Positions 29,927 to 39,662 are shown, numbered from the stretch's first letter. The stretch is 64,000 nucleotides of DNA from an uncultured Gemmatimonadales bacterium (GCA_963711915.1 CAVQGA010000019.1:19186-83185), one strand, 5' to 3'. Program-made: numbers and translations. Notes: a model not told the origin generated them from the letters alone.

Positions 29927-30048
29927 GTAGGGCCAACCTTCCCAAGTGCGTTGAATTTACCTGGCGCGTGTGCGTTGCGCAAGCGCCACGGGCCAGCCGT
30001 GTGAGCGGGCTGGCCCGTGTTTCACGTGTAACAGGGTGTGTGACTGGA

Positions 30049-30291
30049 CTACTCCGGGCGGCCTCTCCATCGTGCATTGGCGGCATCCCGGGCAATGCGG
30101 GACCGTTCCTCAGGGCTCAGCTTGGCGCGTCCGCCCTTCTTGCCGCCCATTGAGCCCCGGGCGACGGCCTCCGGGTTTTTCTCGCGCTGGCCGGGCGGCG
30201 GCGTCTTTTCCGCTTGACCCGTGGCCTCCAACATGGTGCGGAACGCGATCTCGGCCACGTCGGGCCGGAGCTTGGTCGGTTTCTTCGGCAT
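30049..30291 (-). CDS. Hypothetical small basic protein (passenger ORF)
   Basis: 80 aa. The C-terminal GGKKGGRAKLSPEERSRIARDAANARW motif recurs in small phage/plasmid-associated DNA-binding-like proteins. Confidence 0.5.
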   Translation of the reverse strand: MPKKPTKLRPDVAEIAFRTMLEATGQAEKTPPPGQREKNPEAVARGSMGGKKGGRAKLSPEERSRIARDAANARWRGRPE

Positions 30292-30349
30292 GACGGAATC
30301 TAACGCCCGGCGCGGCGGTCATTGTACCAAGTCATAACCGGACATCACC

Positions 30350-30439
30350 GAGGACGGAGAGGACGGAGAGGACGGAGAGGACGGAGAGGACGGAGAGGAC
30401 GGAGAGGACGGAGAGGACGGAGAGGACGGAGAGGACGGA
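30350..30439. repeat. Perfect tandem repeat (GAGGACGGA) x10
   Basis: Counted directly; 9-nt unit. It generates the artefactual RRGRRG / SVLSVL ORFs in the track. Confidence 0.95.
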
Positions 30440-30450
30440 GCCGAAGGTAC

Positions 30451-30534
30451 TGTCATCCCGAGCGCAGGGAGGGATCTTGCCCGGGAAGGCTCGAACCCCG
30501 GCGGAGCAGATCCCTCGCTCCGCTCGGGATGACA
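30451..30534. repeat. REP/MITE-like palindromic element, copy 2 (84-bp subfamily)
   Basis: TGTCATCCCGAGCGCAGGGAGGGATCT...AGATCCCTCGCTCCGCTCGGGATGACA. Confidence 0.85.
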
Positions 30535-30553
30535 CCGCTGACCCCGGATTCCT

Positions 30554-30590
30554 TCCGTCCTCTCCGTCCCTCCGTCCTCTCCGTCCCTCC
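30554..30590. repeat. Inverted copies of the 9-mer (TCCGTCCTC/TCCGTCCC x4) on the other side of the REP
   Basis: Reverse complement of the GAGGACGGA units. Ends 8 nt from the RNase E/G stop codon. Confidence 0.85.
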
Positions 30591-30598
30591 CCTGCCCC

Positions 30599-32311
30599 CT
30601 ACGCCACCGCGTACAGCTCCGTCACGTCCCGCCCCGCCGGCCGGCTCATCAGCCGGAACTCGTCGAGCCGCATCATCGGATCGTCGCGCAGCTCGAGATC
30701 GAGACCGGTGAGCTTGGACAGCGTCTGGAGCAGTTTGGGCTCCTCCTCCAGCAGGTACAGCGCGACCTCGGGGTGCAGCCGGACCGTGAGCTGGCGCTCG
30801 CGGTGCTCGTGGCCGGCGCGCTTGAGGGCCCGCTCGAGCCGCCGGGCCACCACCTCCGGCGTGAACACCCGGCCGCTGGCCGCACACGTGGGACAATCCG
30901 TGGTCATCGAATGCCAGAGCGAGGGTCGGACTCGCTGGCGCGTCATCTCGACCAGGCCCATCTCCGAGACCGCCAGCGCCTTGGTGCGGGCGCGGTCGCG
31001 GCCGAGGTGGGTCCTCAGCTCCTGGAGCACCTTGTCGCGATTGGTGCGGGTCTCCATGTCGATGAAGTCGCACACGATGATGCCGCCGATGTCCCGGAGC
31101 CGGATCTGGCGCGCGATCTCGCGCGCGGCCTCCAGGTTCGTGCGGAGGATCGTCTTTTCGGGATCCTTCTTGCCCGTGTAGCGTCCGGTGTTGACGTCGA
31201 TGCTGATGAGCGCCTCGGTCGGCTGGATGATCAGCGAGCCTCCCGTCGGCAGCTCGACCCGGGCCTTGAACAGGTCCCGGATCTCGGACTCGATGTCGAA
31301 CTTGTCGAACAGCGGCGTCGCCTCGGTGTAGAACTGTACCCGGCCCATCAGCTCGGGATCGATCTGGTTCAGGTACTGCTCGATCTCGTTGTAGAGCTCG
31401 CGCGAGTCCACATGCAACGCGTCGACCTTGGCGCTGAAGAGGTCGCGGATGATGCCGCGCGTGAGGCTGGTCTCGCGCTGCAGCAGCGCCGGCGCCCGGC
31501 GGACGAAGGTCTTCTTCCGGTTGATCTTCTTCCAGAGCGCCAGCAGCGAGTCGATCTCCCGGCGGAAGTGCTCCTCCGTGACGCCTTCCGCCACGGTCCG
31601 GACGATCACGCCGCCGGCATCGGCGGGCAGCAGCTTGGTGACCATCTCCCGCAGCTTGGCCCGCTGCTCCCGGCTTTCGATCTTCCGGCTCACGCCCACC
31701 TTCGAGGCGTAGGGCATGTACACGAGGAAGCGGCCCGGGAGGGAGATCTGCGCGGTGACCCGGCAGCCTTTTGTGCTGATCGGCTCCTTGGTGACTTGGA
31801 CCGGAAGGGTCTGCCCCTTCTTGAGGATGTCCTGGATGTTGGGGACGGCGCGGCGGGGGGAAATCTCGCGCTGCCTGACCTCCCCGCCGTTGGCGGGGCG
31901 CTCGGTGGCGGCGGCAGCGCCGTTGCCGCGGCCGCGCCGGCGGCGCTCGCGCCCGCGCCAGCCGGCCTTCCGCTCCTGCGGCTCTTCGGCCGGAGGCGTC
32001 ACGTCCAGCGACTCCGCGCCCTCCCCTTCCGCGGCGACGGCGGGGTCGTCCTCGGCCTCCTCCGCCGGGTCCTCGTCCTCGTCGGGCTCGAGCAGGTCGG
32101 AAGCGTGGAGAAACGCGCTCTTTTCCTGACCGATGTCGACGAACGCCGCCTGGATGCCTGGCAGGACGGCCTCGACCCGGCCCAGGTAGATGTCTCCCAC
32201 CGTCCGCCGGTGGTCCGGGCGGTCGACGAGCAGCTCGACGAGACGGTCGTCTTCCAGGATGGCCACGCGGGTTTCCCGCTGGCTCCCGTTGATCAGGATC
32301 TCGCGCTTCAA
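30599..32311 (-). CDS. Ribonuclease E/G family endoribonuclease (Rne/Rng)
   Basis: MKREILINGSQRETRVAILEDDRLVELLVDR...GDIYLGRVEAVLPGIQAAFVDIGQEKSAFLH...VQVTKEPISTKGCRVT..ISLPGRFLVYMP...TEALISIDVNTG. Confidence 0.92.
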   Translation of the reverse strand: MKREILINGSQRETRVAILEDDRLVELLVDRPDHRRTVGDIYLGRVEAVLPGIQAAFVDIGQEKSAFLHASDLLEPDEDEDPAEEAEDDPAVAAEGEGAESLDVTPPAEEPQERKAGWRGRERRRRGRGNGAAAATERPANGGEVRQREISPRRAVPNIQDILKKGQTLPVQVTKEPISTKGCRVTAQISLPGRFLVYMPYASKVGVSRKIESREQRAKLREMVTKLLPADAGGVIVRTVAEGVTEEHFRREIDSLLALWKKINRKKTFVRRAPALLQRETSLTRGIIRDLFSAKVDALHVDSRELYNEIEQYLNQIDPELMGRVQFYTEATPLFDKFDIESEIRDLFKARVELPTGGSLIIQPTEALISIDVNTGRYTGKKDPEKTILRTNLEAAREIARQIRLRDIGGIIVCDFIDMETRTNRDKVLQELRTHLGRDRARTKALAVSEMGLVEMTRQRVRPSLWHSMTTDCPTCAASGRVFTPEVVARRLERALKRAGHEHRERQLTVRLHPEVALYLLEEEPKLLQTLSKLTGLDLELRDDPMMRLDEFRLMSRPAGRDVTELYAVA

Positions 32312-32518
32312 GTAGTGACCTCAGCCGCGGTGGGGCGCCGGCACACGCGCGGCACACGCCTTCGCGTCGGAATGCCGCGGCTCGCAAGGAAGTTGGTGCC
32401 TGATTCGAGCACGAGCGCGCCGCCCCGGTGAGCGGACCCGCCGGCGAGCGTACGTCAGCCCAGGGGGCGGCGCCTCAGACCTGCGCCAATTATATGTCGC
32501 ACCGAGGCTTAGGGCAAC

Positions 32519-33736
32519 TCAGTCCACCACCTGTCCCAGGATCTGCCGGGCGATGACCAGCCGCTGGATCTCGCTCGTCCCCTCGCCGATCTCGCACACC
32601 TTGGCATCCCGCATCATGCGCTCGACCGGGTAATCGGTGGTGTAGCCGTAGCCGCCGAAGATCTGGACCGCCTTGGTCGTGTTCCGCATGGCCAGCTCCG
32701 AGCAGAAGAGCTTGGCCATGGCCGCTTCCTTCTTGAACGGCTTGCCGTTCTGCTTGAGCCAGGCGGCGTGGTACAGGAGATGGGCGCCGGCCTCGAGCTC
32801 CAGCGCCATATCCGCCAGTTGGAAGTTGATGCCCTGGAAGCTGCCGATGAGCCGGCCGAATTGCTTGCGCACGCCGGCGTAGTGGAGCGCCTCGTCGTAC
32901 GCCCCCTCGGCGATGCCGAGCGAGAGCGCCGCGATCCCGATCCGGCCGGCGTCGAGGGTCTTGAGGAAGTTGATGAAGCCGTATCCGACCCGGCCCAGGA
33001 CGTTCTCCTTCGGGACCACGGCGTCCTCGAACACGAGCTCGCGCGTGTCGCTCGCGCGCCAGCCCATCTTGTCCTCCTTCTTCCCCGCCCGGACGCCCTT
33101 GATTTTGGGAAGGTCCTCGGCGTGACCGATCCCCAGGGCCCTGGTCTGCTCGAGATCGACCGTATCCTTGGTGACGATGAAGCTGGTGATCCCCTTGTTG
33201 CCGCCGCCGGGCTCGGTCCGGGCCGTCACCGAGAAGATCTCCCCGACGCCCGCGTGGGTGATGAAGATCTTGGAGCCGTTGAGGAGGTAGTGATCGCCCT
33301 TGTCGACCGCGGTCGTGGCGGTGCCGCCGGCGTCACTGCCGGCACCCGGCTCGGTGAGCCCGAAGCCGCCCATCACCTTGCCCGAGGCGAGCAGCGGGAC
33401 GTATCGGCGCTTCTGCTCGTCGGTGCCGAACTCGACGATGGGCGACGTGCCGAGGTTGGTGTGCGCGCTGATGGTGAGCGCGTGGCTCGCGTCCACCTTG
33501 GCCATCTCGTGGATCGTGATGTAGTAGGAGAGCTGGTCCATGCCGGCGCCGCCCAGCTCCTCGCTCCAGGGCACGCCCAGCAGGCCGAGCTCCCCCATGG
33601 CCTTGATGTTGTCCCAGGGAAAGGTCGAGGTGCGGTCCAGCTCGCGCGCAACCGGCGCGATCCGGGTGCGCGAGAAGTCCCGAACCATCTCGCGGACCTG
33701 CAGGTGCTGCTCCGAGAAATACAGCGAATCGTCCAT
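32519..33736 (-). CDS. Acyl-CoA dehydrogenase
   Basis: From [22 protein letters not shown]: ...[13 protein letters not shown]...ITHAG...[17 protein letters not shown]. Start ATG 33736. Confidence 0.9.
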   Translation of the reverse strand: MDDSLYFSEQHLQVREMVRDFSRTRIAPVARELDRTSTFPWDNIKAMGELGLLGVPWSEELGGAGMDQLSYYITIHEMAKVDASHALTISAHTNLGTSPIVEFGTDEQKRRYVPLLASGKVMGGFGLTEPGAGSDAGGTATTAVDKGDHYLLNGSKIFITHAGVGEIFSVTARTEPGGGNKGITSFIVTKDTVDLEQTRALGIGHAEDLPKIKGVRAGKKEDKMGWRASDTRELVFEDAVVPKENVLGRVGYGFINFLKTLDAGRIGIAALSLGIAEGAYDEALHYAGVRKQFGRLIGSFQGINFQLADMALELEAGAHLLYHAAWLKQNGKPFKKEAAMAKLFCSELAMRNTTKAVQIFGGYGYTTDYPVERMMRDAKVCEIGEGTSEIQRLVIARQILGQVVD

Positions 33737-33776
33737 GGGCCGATCGGTGATGGGGTGACGGAATGTAGTCGGGCCG

Positions 33777-36008
33777 TCAACGCCGCCCGCGGCGATCCTC
33801 CTGGCGGCGGCGCTCCTCCTCCCTGCGCTCGGCGAGGGTGAGCGGCGCGCCGCCCGCGTCGGCTGCACGCCGGTCGCCTCTCCGGCGCTCGCCCCGGCGG
33901 CGGTCGCCGCGGCGAAACTCATCCAGCTCCTGGCGGCCCCGCTCGGTCACGTAGCAAGGGCCGGCCATCAGGTAAGCCCCGGAGCCCTCGTCCTCCGCGT
34001 AGGCCACACTGCGCTCGGGCATGTCGATCAGGCCGCGCTCCCGGAGCGCCCGGAGGTGCTTGACCAGCGACTCGAAGCCCCGGCGTGCCGGCTCGCCTGC
34101 GGCACCGGGGCGGAAGACCCGCTCCCCCGCAACGATCCGCTCGAGGATCTCGGCGTCGCCCTGATCCATGGGCAGAAGATAATCTCCGGGGGAGTGAGCC
34201 GCGATCAGGCGCAACAGCTCCTCGCCGTGCTTCGCGAGCGCGCGCGGGCCCACGCCCGGGACGGTGGCGAGCGCGGCACCGTCACGCACATCGGCCACGG
34301 CGAGCGCGTCGAGGGCGGCGTTCCGGAGCACCAGGAACTCCGGCACGCCCGCGGCCCGCGCCGCGCGCCGGCGCCACGACACTAGTGCGCGGCGTCGTGG
34401 ACTGTCGGCCGGCGCGGGCGGCGCGGGCCCCCGTGCGTCGAGCGCGCCCAGGATGAGCCCGCCCCAGCGCGCGGCCAGTGCGGCGCCGACGCCGGGGACG
34501 TCGGCGAGCGCCGCGCCGTCTACCGGAGGGTCGCGGGCGAGCGCGAGCAGGACCTCGGGCTCGAGGATCGCCGCGCCCCACGGCCCCGCGCGGGCGCCGA
34601 GCGCGGCGCGAAGCCGTGTGAGCCGCGTGGCCACCGCCGGCTCTCGCGGGGCGGGAACGCTTCGCCGCCGGCAGCGGTCGCAGCCGCTGCAGGCCTCGAG
34701 CGCCTCGCCGAAGTATCCGACCAGGGCCTTCCGGCGGCACCCTCGCCCGGTGGCGTACGCCTCGACGGCGTCGATCCGCGCCTCGGCGCGCCGGCGCCGC
34801 TCGCTCACCACGGACCAGTCCACCGGTCCGCGCTCCGGCCTGAGCTCGCGCCGGAGCCGCTCCGCCGATGCCACGACATTGGCCGGCACGCCCGCGCAGG
34901 TGGAGTCGGCGCGCCAGAGCCGCTCCAGCAGCGGCCGGGGAGGAAACGTCACCTCGAGCTGGCGGCGGTGGAGCGCGGCATCGCCCCGGCGCCAGAGCAG
35001 GACGCAGCGGGCGAGCTGGCCGTCCCGGCCCGCGCGTCCGGCCTCCTGGTAGTACGCCTCCGGCGTGGGCGGAAGCGTCCAGTGGACGACGAGCCGGATC
35101 TGCGGCTTGTCGATCCCCATCCCGAACGCGCAGGTGGCGACGATGACGTCCAGGCGATCCTCCAGGAAGGCGTCGAGCGTGCGGCCGCGGCGGTCCCGCG
35201 TGAGGCCCGCGTGGTAGGGGGCCGCCCGGTGGCCGGCCTCGACCAGGGCGCGGGCGATGCCCTCGGTCAGGCTCCGCGTCGGGGCGTAGACGATCACCAT
35301 CCGGTCGTCGTCGGCCAGGAGCCGCGCGAGCGCCGCCAGCCGCTCGCGCTCACCGGCGACGGGAACGACGCCGAACCAGAGGTTGGCGCGGTCGAACGAG
35401 CCGACGTACTCGGCGAACCGGCCGGGGCGAAACCGGAGCGCGCGGGCGATGTCGGCACGCACCCCGGGCGTGGCGCTACCGGTGAGCGCCACGGCGGGCG
35501 GGCGACCGAGCCGATAGCGCGCCGCGCCGAGGGTCCGGTAGCTCGGGCGGAAGTCGTGGCCCCACTCGGCGATGCAGTGGGCCTCGTCGACCGCGAGCAG
35601 TGTGGGGGTGAGCTCGCGCTCAAAGAGCTCAGGCGTCAGCCGCGCGAGGCGCTCGGGCGACACGTACAGCAGGCGGAGGGTGCGGCTCCGAAGCGCGTCC
35701 CACACGCGATCCCGGGCGGCGCCGGCCACGCCGCTGTGCAGCGCGGCCGCCGGGATGCCCCGCGCCACCGCGGCGGCCACCTGGTCCTGCATCAGCGCGA
35801 TGAGGGGCGAGACGACCAGCGTGAGCCCACCCGAGACCAGGGCCGGGATCTGGAAGCACACCGACTTGCCCCCGCCGGTGGGCAGGATGGCGAGCGTGTC
35901 CTGTCCATTCAAAACCGATTGGATCACCGGCGTCTGGGCGGGACGGAAATCGGCGTGGCCGAAGTGGTGGCGGAGGAGGCGCCGGGCTTCGTCCATCGGG
36001 TCGGGCAT
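33777..36008 (-). CDS. recQ: ATP-dependent DNA helicase RecQ with extra C-terminal region
   Basis: [59 protein letters not shown], an RQC Cys cluster and an HRDC-like segment, then about 140 extra residues ending in an Arg/Glu-rich tail. Confidence 0.92.
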   Translation of the reverse strand: MPDPMDEARRLLRHHFGHADFRPAQTPVIQSVLNGQDTLAILPTGGGKSVCFQIPALVSGGLTLVVSPLIALMQDQVAAAVARGIPAAALHSGVAGAARDRVWDALRSRTLRLLYVSPERLARLTPELFERELTPTLLAVDEAHCIAEWGHDFRPSYRTLGAARYRLGRPPAVALTGSATPGVRADIARALRFRPGRFAEYVGSFDRANLWFGVVPVAGERERLAALARLLADDDRMVIVYAPTRSLTEGIARALVEAGHRAAPYHAGLTRDRRGRTLDAFLEDRLDVIVATCAFGMGIDKPQIRLVVHWTLPPTPEAYYQEAGRAGRDGQLARCVLLWRRGDAALHRRQLEVTFPPRPLLERLWRADSTCAGVPANVVASAERLRRELRPERGPVDWSVVSERRRRAEARIDAVEAYATGRGCRRKALVGYFGEALEACSGCDRCRRRSVPAPREPAVATRLTRLRAALGARAGPWGAAILEPEVLLALARDPPVDGAALADVPGVGAALAARWGGLILGALDARGPAPPAPADSPRRRALVSWRRRAARAAGVPEFLVLRNAALDALAVADVRDGAALATVPGVGPRALAKHGEELLRLIAAHSPGDYLLPMDQGDAEILERIVAGERVFRPGAAGEPARRGFESLVKHLRALRERGLIDMPERSVAYAEDEGSGAYLMAGPCYVTERGRQELDEFRRGDRRRGERRRGDRRAADAGGAPLTLAERREEERRRQEDRRGRR

Positions 36009-36148
36009 GGAGCGAAGATGGAAGCGCGACGAGCGAGAGCGGGCATTCGGAACCCGCTCGGTGGATCTTTGGGACGCAAAAACAGGCGACGTTGAGGGCA
36101 GAGACGGGCACCGCGCTCACGTCGGGACGGCGGCAGACTCCAATGTGC

Positions 36149-36289
36149 GTGTCATCCTGAGCGAGCCCTTCGGCGGAGTTCGCCCTGAGCACCGGCGAAG
36201 CTCAGGGCAAGCTCCGCGAGCGAAGCATCTGCTCCGCCGCGCTCGGGCCGTTCCCGGGCAAGATCCCCCGCGTTCGCTCAGGATGACAC
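36149..36289. repeat. REP/MITE-like palindromic element, copy 3 (141-bp composite)
   Basis: GTGTCATCCTGAGCGA...TCGCTCAGGATGACAC termini with an internal nested hairpin CCCTGAGC-n9-GCTCAGGG. Confidence 0.85.
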
Positions 36290-36372
36290 ATGGCCGTCAA
36301 CCGCTATACGCGAAGCTCAGGAGCAACGCTCCCGTCAATCGCCATTGGTGACGCTCAATTGGGGCCCAGATC

Positions 36373-37977
36373 TCACCCTCGCCGCGGCGCCACGAAGCGC
36401 CGCGACTGGCGCTCGTACGCCTGCGCCAGGGCGAGCACCCGCGCGTCCTCGCCCGGGAGCCCGACCACCGACAGGTTGAGCGCGGGCATCCCATCCGCGC
36501 CGAGCCCCGCGGGGACCGACACCTCCGGCAGCCCGAGCCAGTTGCCGTAGCCGAGCGCGGTGCGGATGTCCGGCCAGTTGTCGACCGCGCGGGGGGCGTT
36601 GAAGGGCATGGTCGGGTAGACCATCGCCGCGACGCCGGCCGTCCGCATCGACTCCGCGAGCGCCGGCATGACCTCCGCCCGGGACCGCGCGAACGAGCGT
36701 GCCGCCTGGTCCTCCGCGAGCGGCCGCTGGAGAAGCGGCTCGCACTCCTCGAATGTGTCGGGGAGCACGTCGTAGAAGGCGCGGTAGGCCGGGTAGCCCA
36801 GGCGCACCGCCGCGCGGGGATTGCCGGAGCGCCCGGCGAAATAGCGGTAGAGCGCGTGGGCCGTGGTGGCCGCCGACTTCGGGTCCCCTACGACGTCGCC
36901 GCGCCGGCCGGCCGCGGCGGCGAAGGCGCCTCGATAGGTCGCGAGCGTGACCGCCGGCGCGAAGGCCTCGACCGTGGCGCCCGCGGCGCGCAGATCGCCC
37001 ACGGCCCGGTCCCACACCGCGAGCGCCTCGGGCGTCATCTGCGCGCGGGGAACGTGCGCCTCGACCAGGCCCAGCCGGACGCCGGCGAGTGCATCCCCTC
37101 GCTCCGCTCGGGGAAGGCTCTCGCGGAGGGCCGCGAGCGGTGCGGCAGCCTGCCTGACGGTGCGCGCGAGGGGATCCGACGGGTCGGCCCCCGCGATGGC
37201 GGCGAGCAGGAGCGCCGCGTCCGCCACCGTGCGCGCGAGCGGCCCATGGGTGTCGAGGTAGGGCCACGTCGGGATCACGCCGGAGCGCGGCACCAGCCCG
37301 AAGGTCGGCTTCATCCCCACGACGCCGGTGAACTGGGCCGGGATGCGGTTGGATCCGCCGTCGTCGGTGCCGAGCGCCGCGAACGCCATTCCGCCGGCGA
37401 CGGCGACCGCGGAGCCCGCGCTGGACCCGCCGGGCGTGCGGGCGCCCGCGGGGTCGTGCGGGTTGAGCACCTGTCCCGTGTGGCTGCTGGTGCCGTTGCC
37501 GCGATAGGCGAAGTCGTCGGCGGCGGTCTTCCCGAGGACGACCGCCCCGGCCGCGCGGAGCCGCGCCACCTCGAGCGCGTCCCGCCGCACCGGGCCGGGG
37601 AAGAGCCGCGCCCACTCGGCGCTGGCGCCGGTGGTCGGGTACCCGTTCATGTCGTAGATCGCCTTGGCGAAGACGGGAACGCCGTCGAGCGGGCCGCGCA
37701 CCCGGCCGGCGCGGAGCCGGGCGTCGGCAGCGCGCGCCTCGGTGAGCGCAGTGCCGGAGAGCACGTCGATGGCCCGCCACCGCATCCCGTCGCCGCGGCA
37801 GCGCTCGAGCGCCCGGGCGGTGACCTCGGCGGCCGTCCACGCGCCCCGGCGGCGGCCGGCCTGGTAGTCGGCGATGGTGCCGTCGAGGGGGTCCTGGTCG
37901 GTGCGGCCGCGGACCGGAAGCGGCAGGACGACGAGGGCGGCGAGCTGGGCCAGGACTTCGCGTCGAGTCGGCGACAT
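36373..37977 (-). CDS. Amidase (amidase-signature family), probably exported
   Basis: GGSSAGSAVAVAGGMAFAALGTDDGGSNRIPAQFTGVVGMKPTFG. Start at MSPTRREVLAQLAALVVLPLP (Tat/Sec-like leader). Confidence 0.88.
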   Translation of the reverse strand: MSPTRREVLAQLAALVVLPLPVRGRTDQDPLDGTIADYQAGRRRGAWTAAEVTARALERCRGDGMRWRAIDVLSGTALTEARAADARLRAGRVRGPLDGVPVFAKAIYDMNGYPTTGASAEWARLFPGPVRRDALEVARLRAAGAVVLGKTAADDFAYRGNGTSSHTGQVLNPHDPAGARTPGGSSAGSAVAVAGGMAFAALGTDDGGSNRIPAQFTGVVGMKPTFGLVPRSGVIPTWPYLDTHGPLARTVADAALLLAAIAGADPSDPLARTVRQAAAPLAALRESLPRAERGDALAGVRLGLVEAHVPRAQMTPEALAVWDRAVGDLRAAGATVEAFAPAVTLATYRGAFAAAAGRRGDVVGDPKSAATTAHALYRYFAGRSGNPRAAVRLGYPAYRAFYDVLPDTFEECEPLLQRPLAEDQAARSFARSRAEVMPALAESMRTAGVAAMVYPTMPFNAPRAVDNWPDIRTALGYGNWLGLPEVSVPAGLGADGMPALNLSVVGLPGEDARVLALAQAYERQSRRFVAPRRG

Positions 37978-38155
37978 AGGAGGACCGGGTGCGCGCGTGG
38001 TGGCAGAGTGGCGCGGGCCGCGGACCACTCTGGAGGGTCGCAAGGACGCCTGGCGCCGTGCGCCCTCCGGGGGAACTCAGATGCCGATGGCTTGCACGCC
38101 TGAGAGAGATGCTAATCAGGAGCAAGCGATCGGCCTAGGCTGCGTGTGACAAGGA

Positions 38156-38220
38156 GTCGTCCTGAGCGGAGCGAAGGAGCCATGACCCGACGCATGCCCC
38201 TCTTCCTGCGCTCCGCGTGG
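38156..38220. repeat. REP/MITE-like element, copy 4 (right arm degenerate)
   Basis: GTCGTCCTGAGCGGAGCGAAGGAGCCATGACC..GCATGCCCC matches the left half of the 66-bp subfamily. Confidence 0.7.
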
Positions 38221-38375
38221 CTCCCACTCCCCCTCGTTGCTAGCTTACCGGCGGCTCACCCAAGGGGGCGCTCATCCAACTCACCTCCGGCCAGGCGCGC
38301 AGAATCTGGCTGCATGCCCAGGGTCTGGACACCACCGAACCCTTCGGCTCCGGCCCGCAGGCCACGCCGGCAGCA

Positions 38376-39410
38376 GTGGCGCACCTGGGCTATTTGCAGA
38401 TCGACACCATCTACGTCATCGAGCGCAGCCATCACCACATCCTCCACACGCGCATCCCTTCGTATCGGCGCGAGCATCTGCATCAGGCACAGAGCATCGA
38501 CAAGACGGTTTTCGAGTATTGGACGCACGCCCTCTCGTACCTGCCGACGGACAGCCTGCGGTTTCATGTGCGCCAGATGCGCCAGGATTGGCAGCGGCAC
38601 GTCGTCTGGTTCGGCCAGGTTTCGAACGCGGATCTGCGCAGAGTGCTGTCGCGCATCCGCAGACACGGCGCGATCACCATTCGCGACATCGACACCGACG
38701 CGCTGGTAGACAAAGACTACGCGTGGGCCAGCCGCAAGCCTTCCAAGCGCGCGCTGGAGGTGGCCTTCTACAAGGGCTTGGTGACCATTAGCCGGCGGGC
38801 TGGCATGCTCAAGACTTATGAGCTCCTGACTCGCCATTTCAGCTGGGACCGTCGGCCACGCGCAGCGACCGCAAGGGAAACGCTCAACTACCTGCTCGAT
38901 CGTGCCCTGCGATCGCAGGGGATCGTGAGTGTGGACTCGATCTGTTATCAGGACGCTCCGCGCAAACCGGCGATGAGGCGCCTGCTGGAAGCGCGAGTCC
39001 GTCGCAGGGAGCTGATACCGGTGCAAGTGGAAGGAGCGGGTCAGTCGCTGCACTGGATCCGTCCGGATGCCCTCGACACCATTCCCGATCCGGAGCGGGA
39101 GGCGATTCATATCCTGTCCCCCTTCGACCCGCTCATCATCCAGCGCAAGCGACTCCGACTCTTCTTCGATTACGAGTATCGCTTCGAAGCGTACGTTCCC
39201 AAGCACAAGCGGGTATTCGGCTATTTCGTATGCCCGGTTCTTATCGGGGATCGGATCGTTGCCGCCCTCGACCTCAAGACCGACCGGCAGCGGCAACAAC
39301 TTCTGGTGCAGCGCTGGCACTGGGTCGGCCGGGGCGCGTCCCACGATCATCGGCAGGGGGTGGAAGCGGCGTTGCACAGGTTCGAGCAGTTTCAGTTGTG
39401 TCGGAGTTAG
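38376..39410 (+). CDS. YcaQ/AlkZ-family (DUF1006) winged-helix DNA glycosylase-like protein
   Basis: GYLQIDTIYVIERSHHHILHTR...FEYWTHALSYLP...KRVFGYFVCPVLIGDRIVAALDLKTDRQ. Family-like sequence (LTSGQARRIWLHAQGL) continues in frame upstream to 38244 with no canonical start. Confidence 0.8.
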   Translation: MAHLGYLQIDTIYVIERSHHHILHTRIPSYRREHLHQAQSIDKTVFEYWTHALSYLPTDSLRFHVRQMRQDWQRHVVWFGQVSNADLRRVLSRIRRHGAITIRDIDTDALVDKDYAWASRKPSKRALEVAFYKGLVTISRRAGMLKTYELLTRHFSWDRRPRAATARETLNYLLDRALRSQGIVSVDSICYQDAPRKPAMRRLLEARVRRRELIPVQVEGAGQSLHWIRPDALDTIPDPEREAIHILSPFDPLIIQRKRLRLFFDYEYRFEAYVPKHKRVFGYFVCPVLIGDRIVAALDLKTDRQRQQLLVQRWHWVGRGASHDHRQGVEAALHRFEQFQLCRS

Positions 39411-39530
39411 ATCGAGCGCTCGCCGGTCGGCGCCGAATAACCGGCATGCGTCCACCCCTGGCCGGCACTTCGGCTGTGGCGGGCAAGACGTCCGCGGTGG
39501 CATGCTGCCGTAGAAAGGGACCGCCCTCCA

Positions 39531-39662
39531 GACGGCCGCACATCAGCTGCAAGCGACCCGCTCCGCGGTCGCCAACAATCGTTCCCTGGATCCAACACCA
39601 CGCGGCGGCGTGCAGCAGAGTCTCGCGCGGTGGCGCTTGGCGGCTACATGCGCTTGTTAGGC
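39531..39662 (-). repeat. attC-like site C (terminal; distal box degenerate)
   Basis: Ends in GTTAGGC (39656-39662). Arms CATCAGCTGCAAGCG / CGCTTGGCGGCTACATGCGC are imperfectly complementary and homologous to sites A, B and D. Confidence 0.55.

Larger units (their letters stand above)
28209..30349 (-). mobile_element. IS1-family transposon-like element (2141 bp) carrying passenger genes
   Basis: Terminal inverted repeats 28209-28225 GGTGGTGTCCGGTTATG and 30333-30349 CATAACCGGACATCACC (16/17 complementary). Identical GAGGACGGA lies immediately outside both ends (28200-28208, 30350-30358). Contains an IS1-type transposase. Confidence 0.8.

Noticed and set aside
30350-30439. Possible CRISPR array.
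   Set aside because: The 9-nt units are directly adjacent with no spacers, and no cas genes are nearby. It is a simple tandem repeat.
30322-30711. ORFs encoding RRGRRGRRG... (+) and SVLSVLSVL... (-).
   Set aside because: They are products of translating the 9-bp tandem repeat and the REP element, with no independent coding evidence.
38256-39503. Long antisense or off-frame ORFs throughout the track, for example 38256..39503(-), 14083..15885(+), 53773..56625(+), 60589..63201(+), 22084..23303(+), 30453..32387(-) and 36335..38125(-).
   Set aside because: They are Arg/Pro/Gly/Ala-dominated translations typical of open non-coding frames in about 70% GC DNA. Each fully overlaps a gene with clear family motifs on the other strand or frame.
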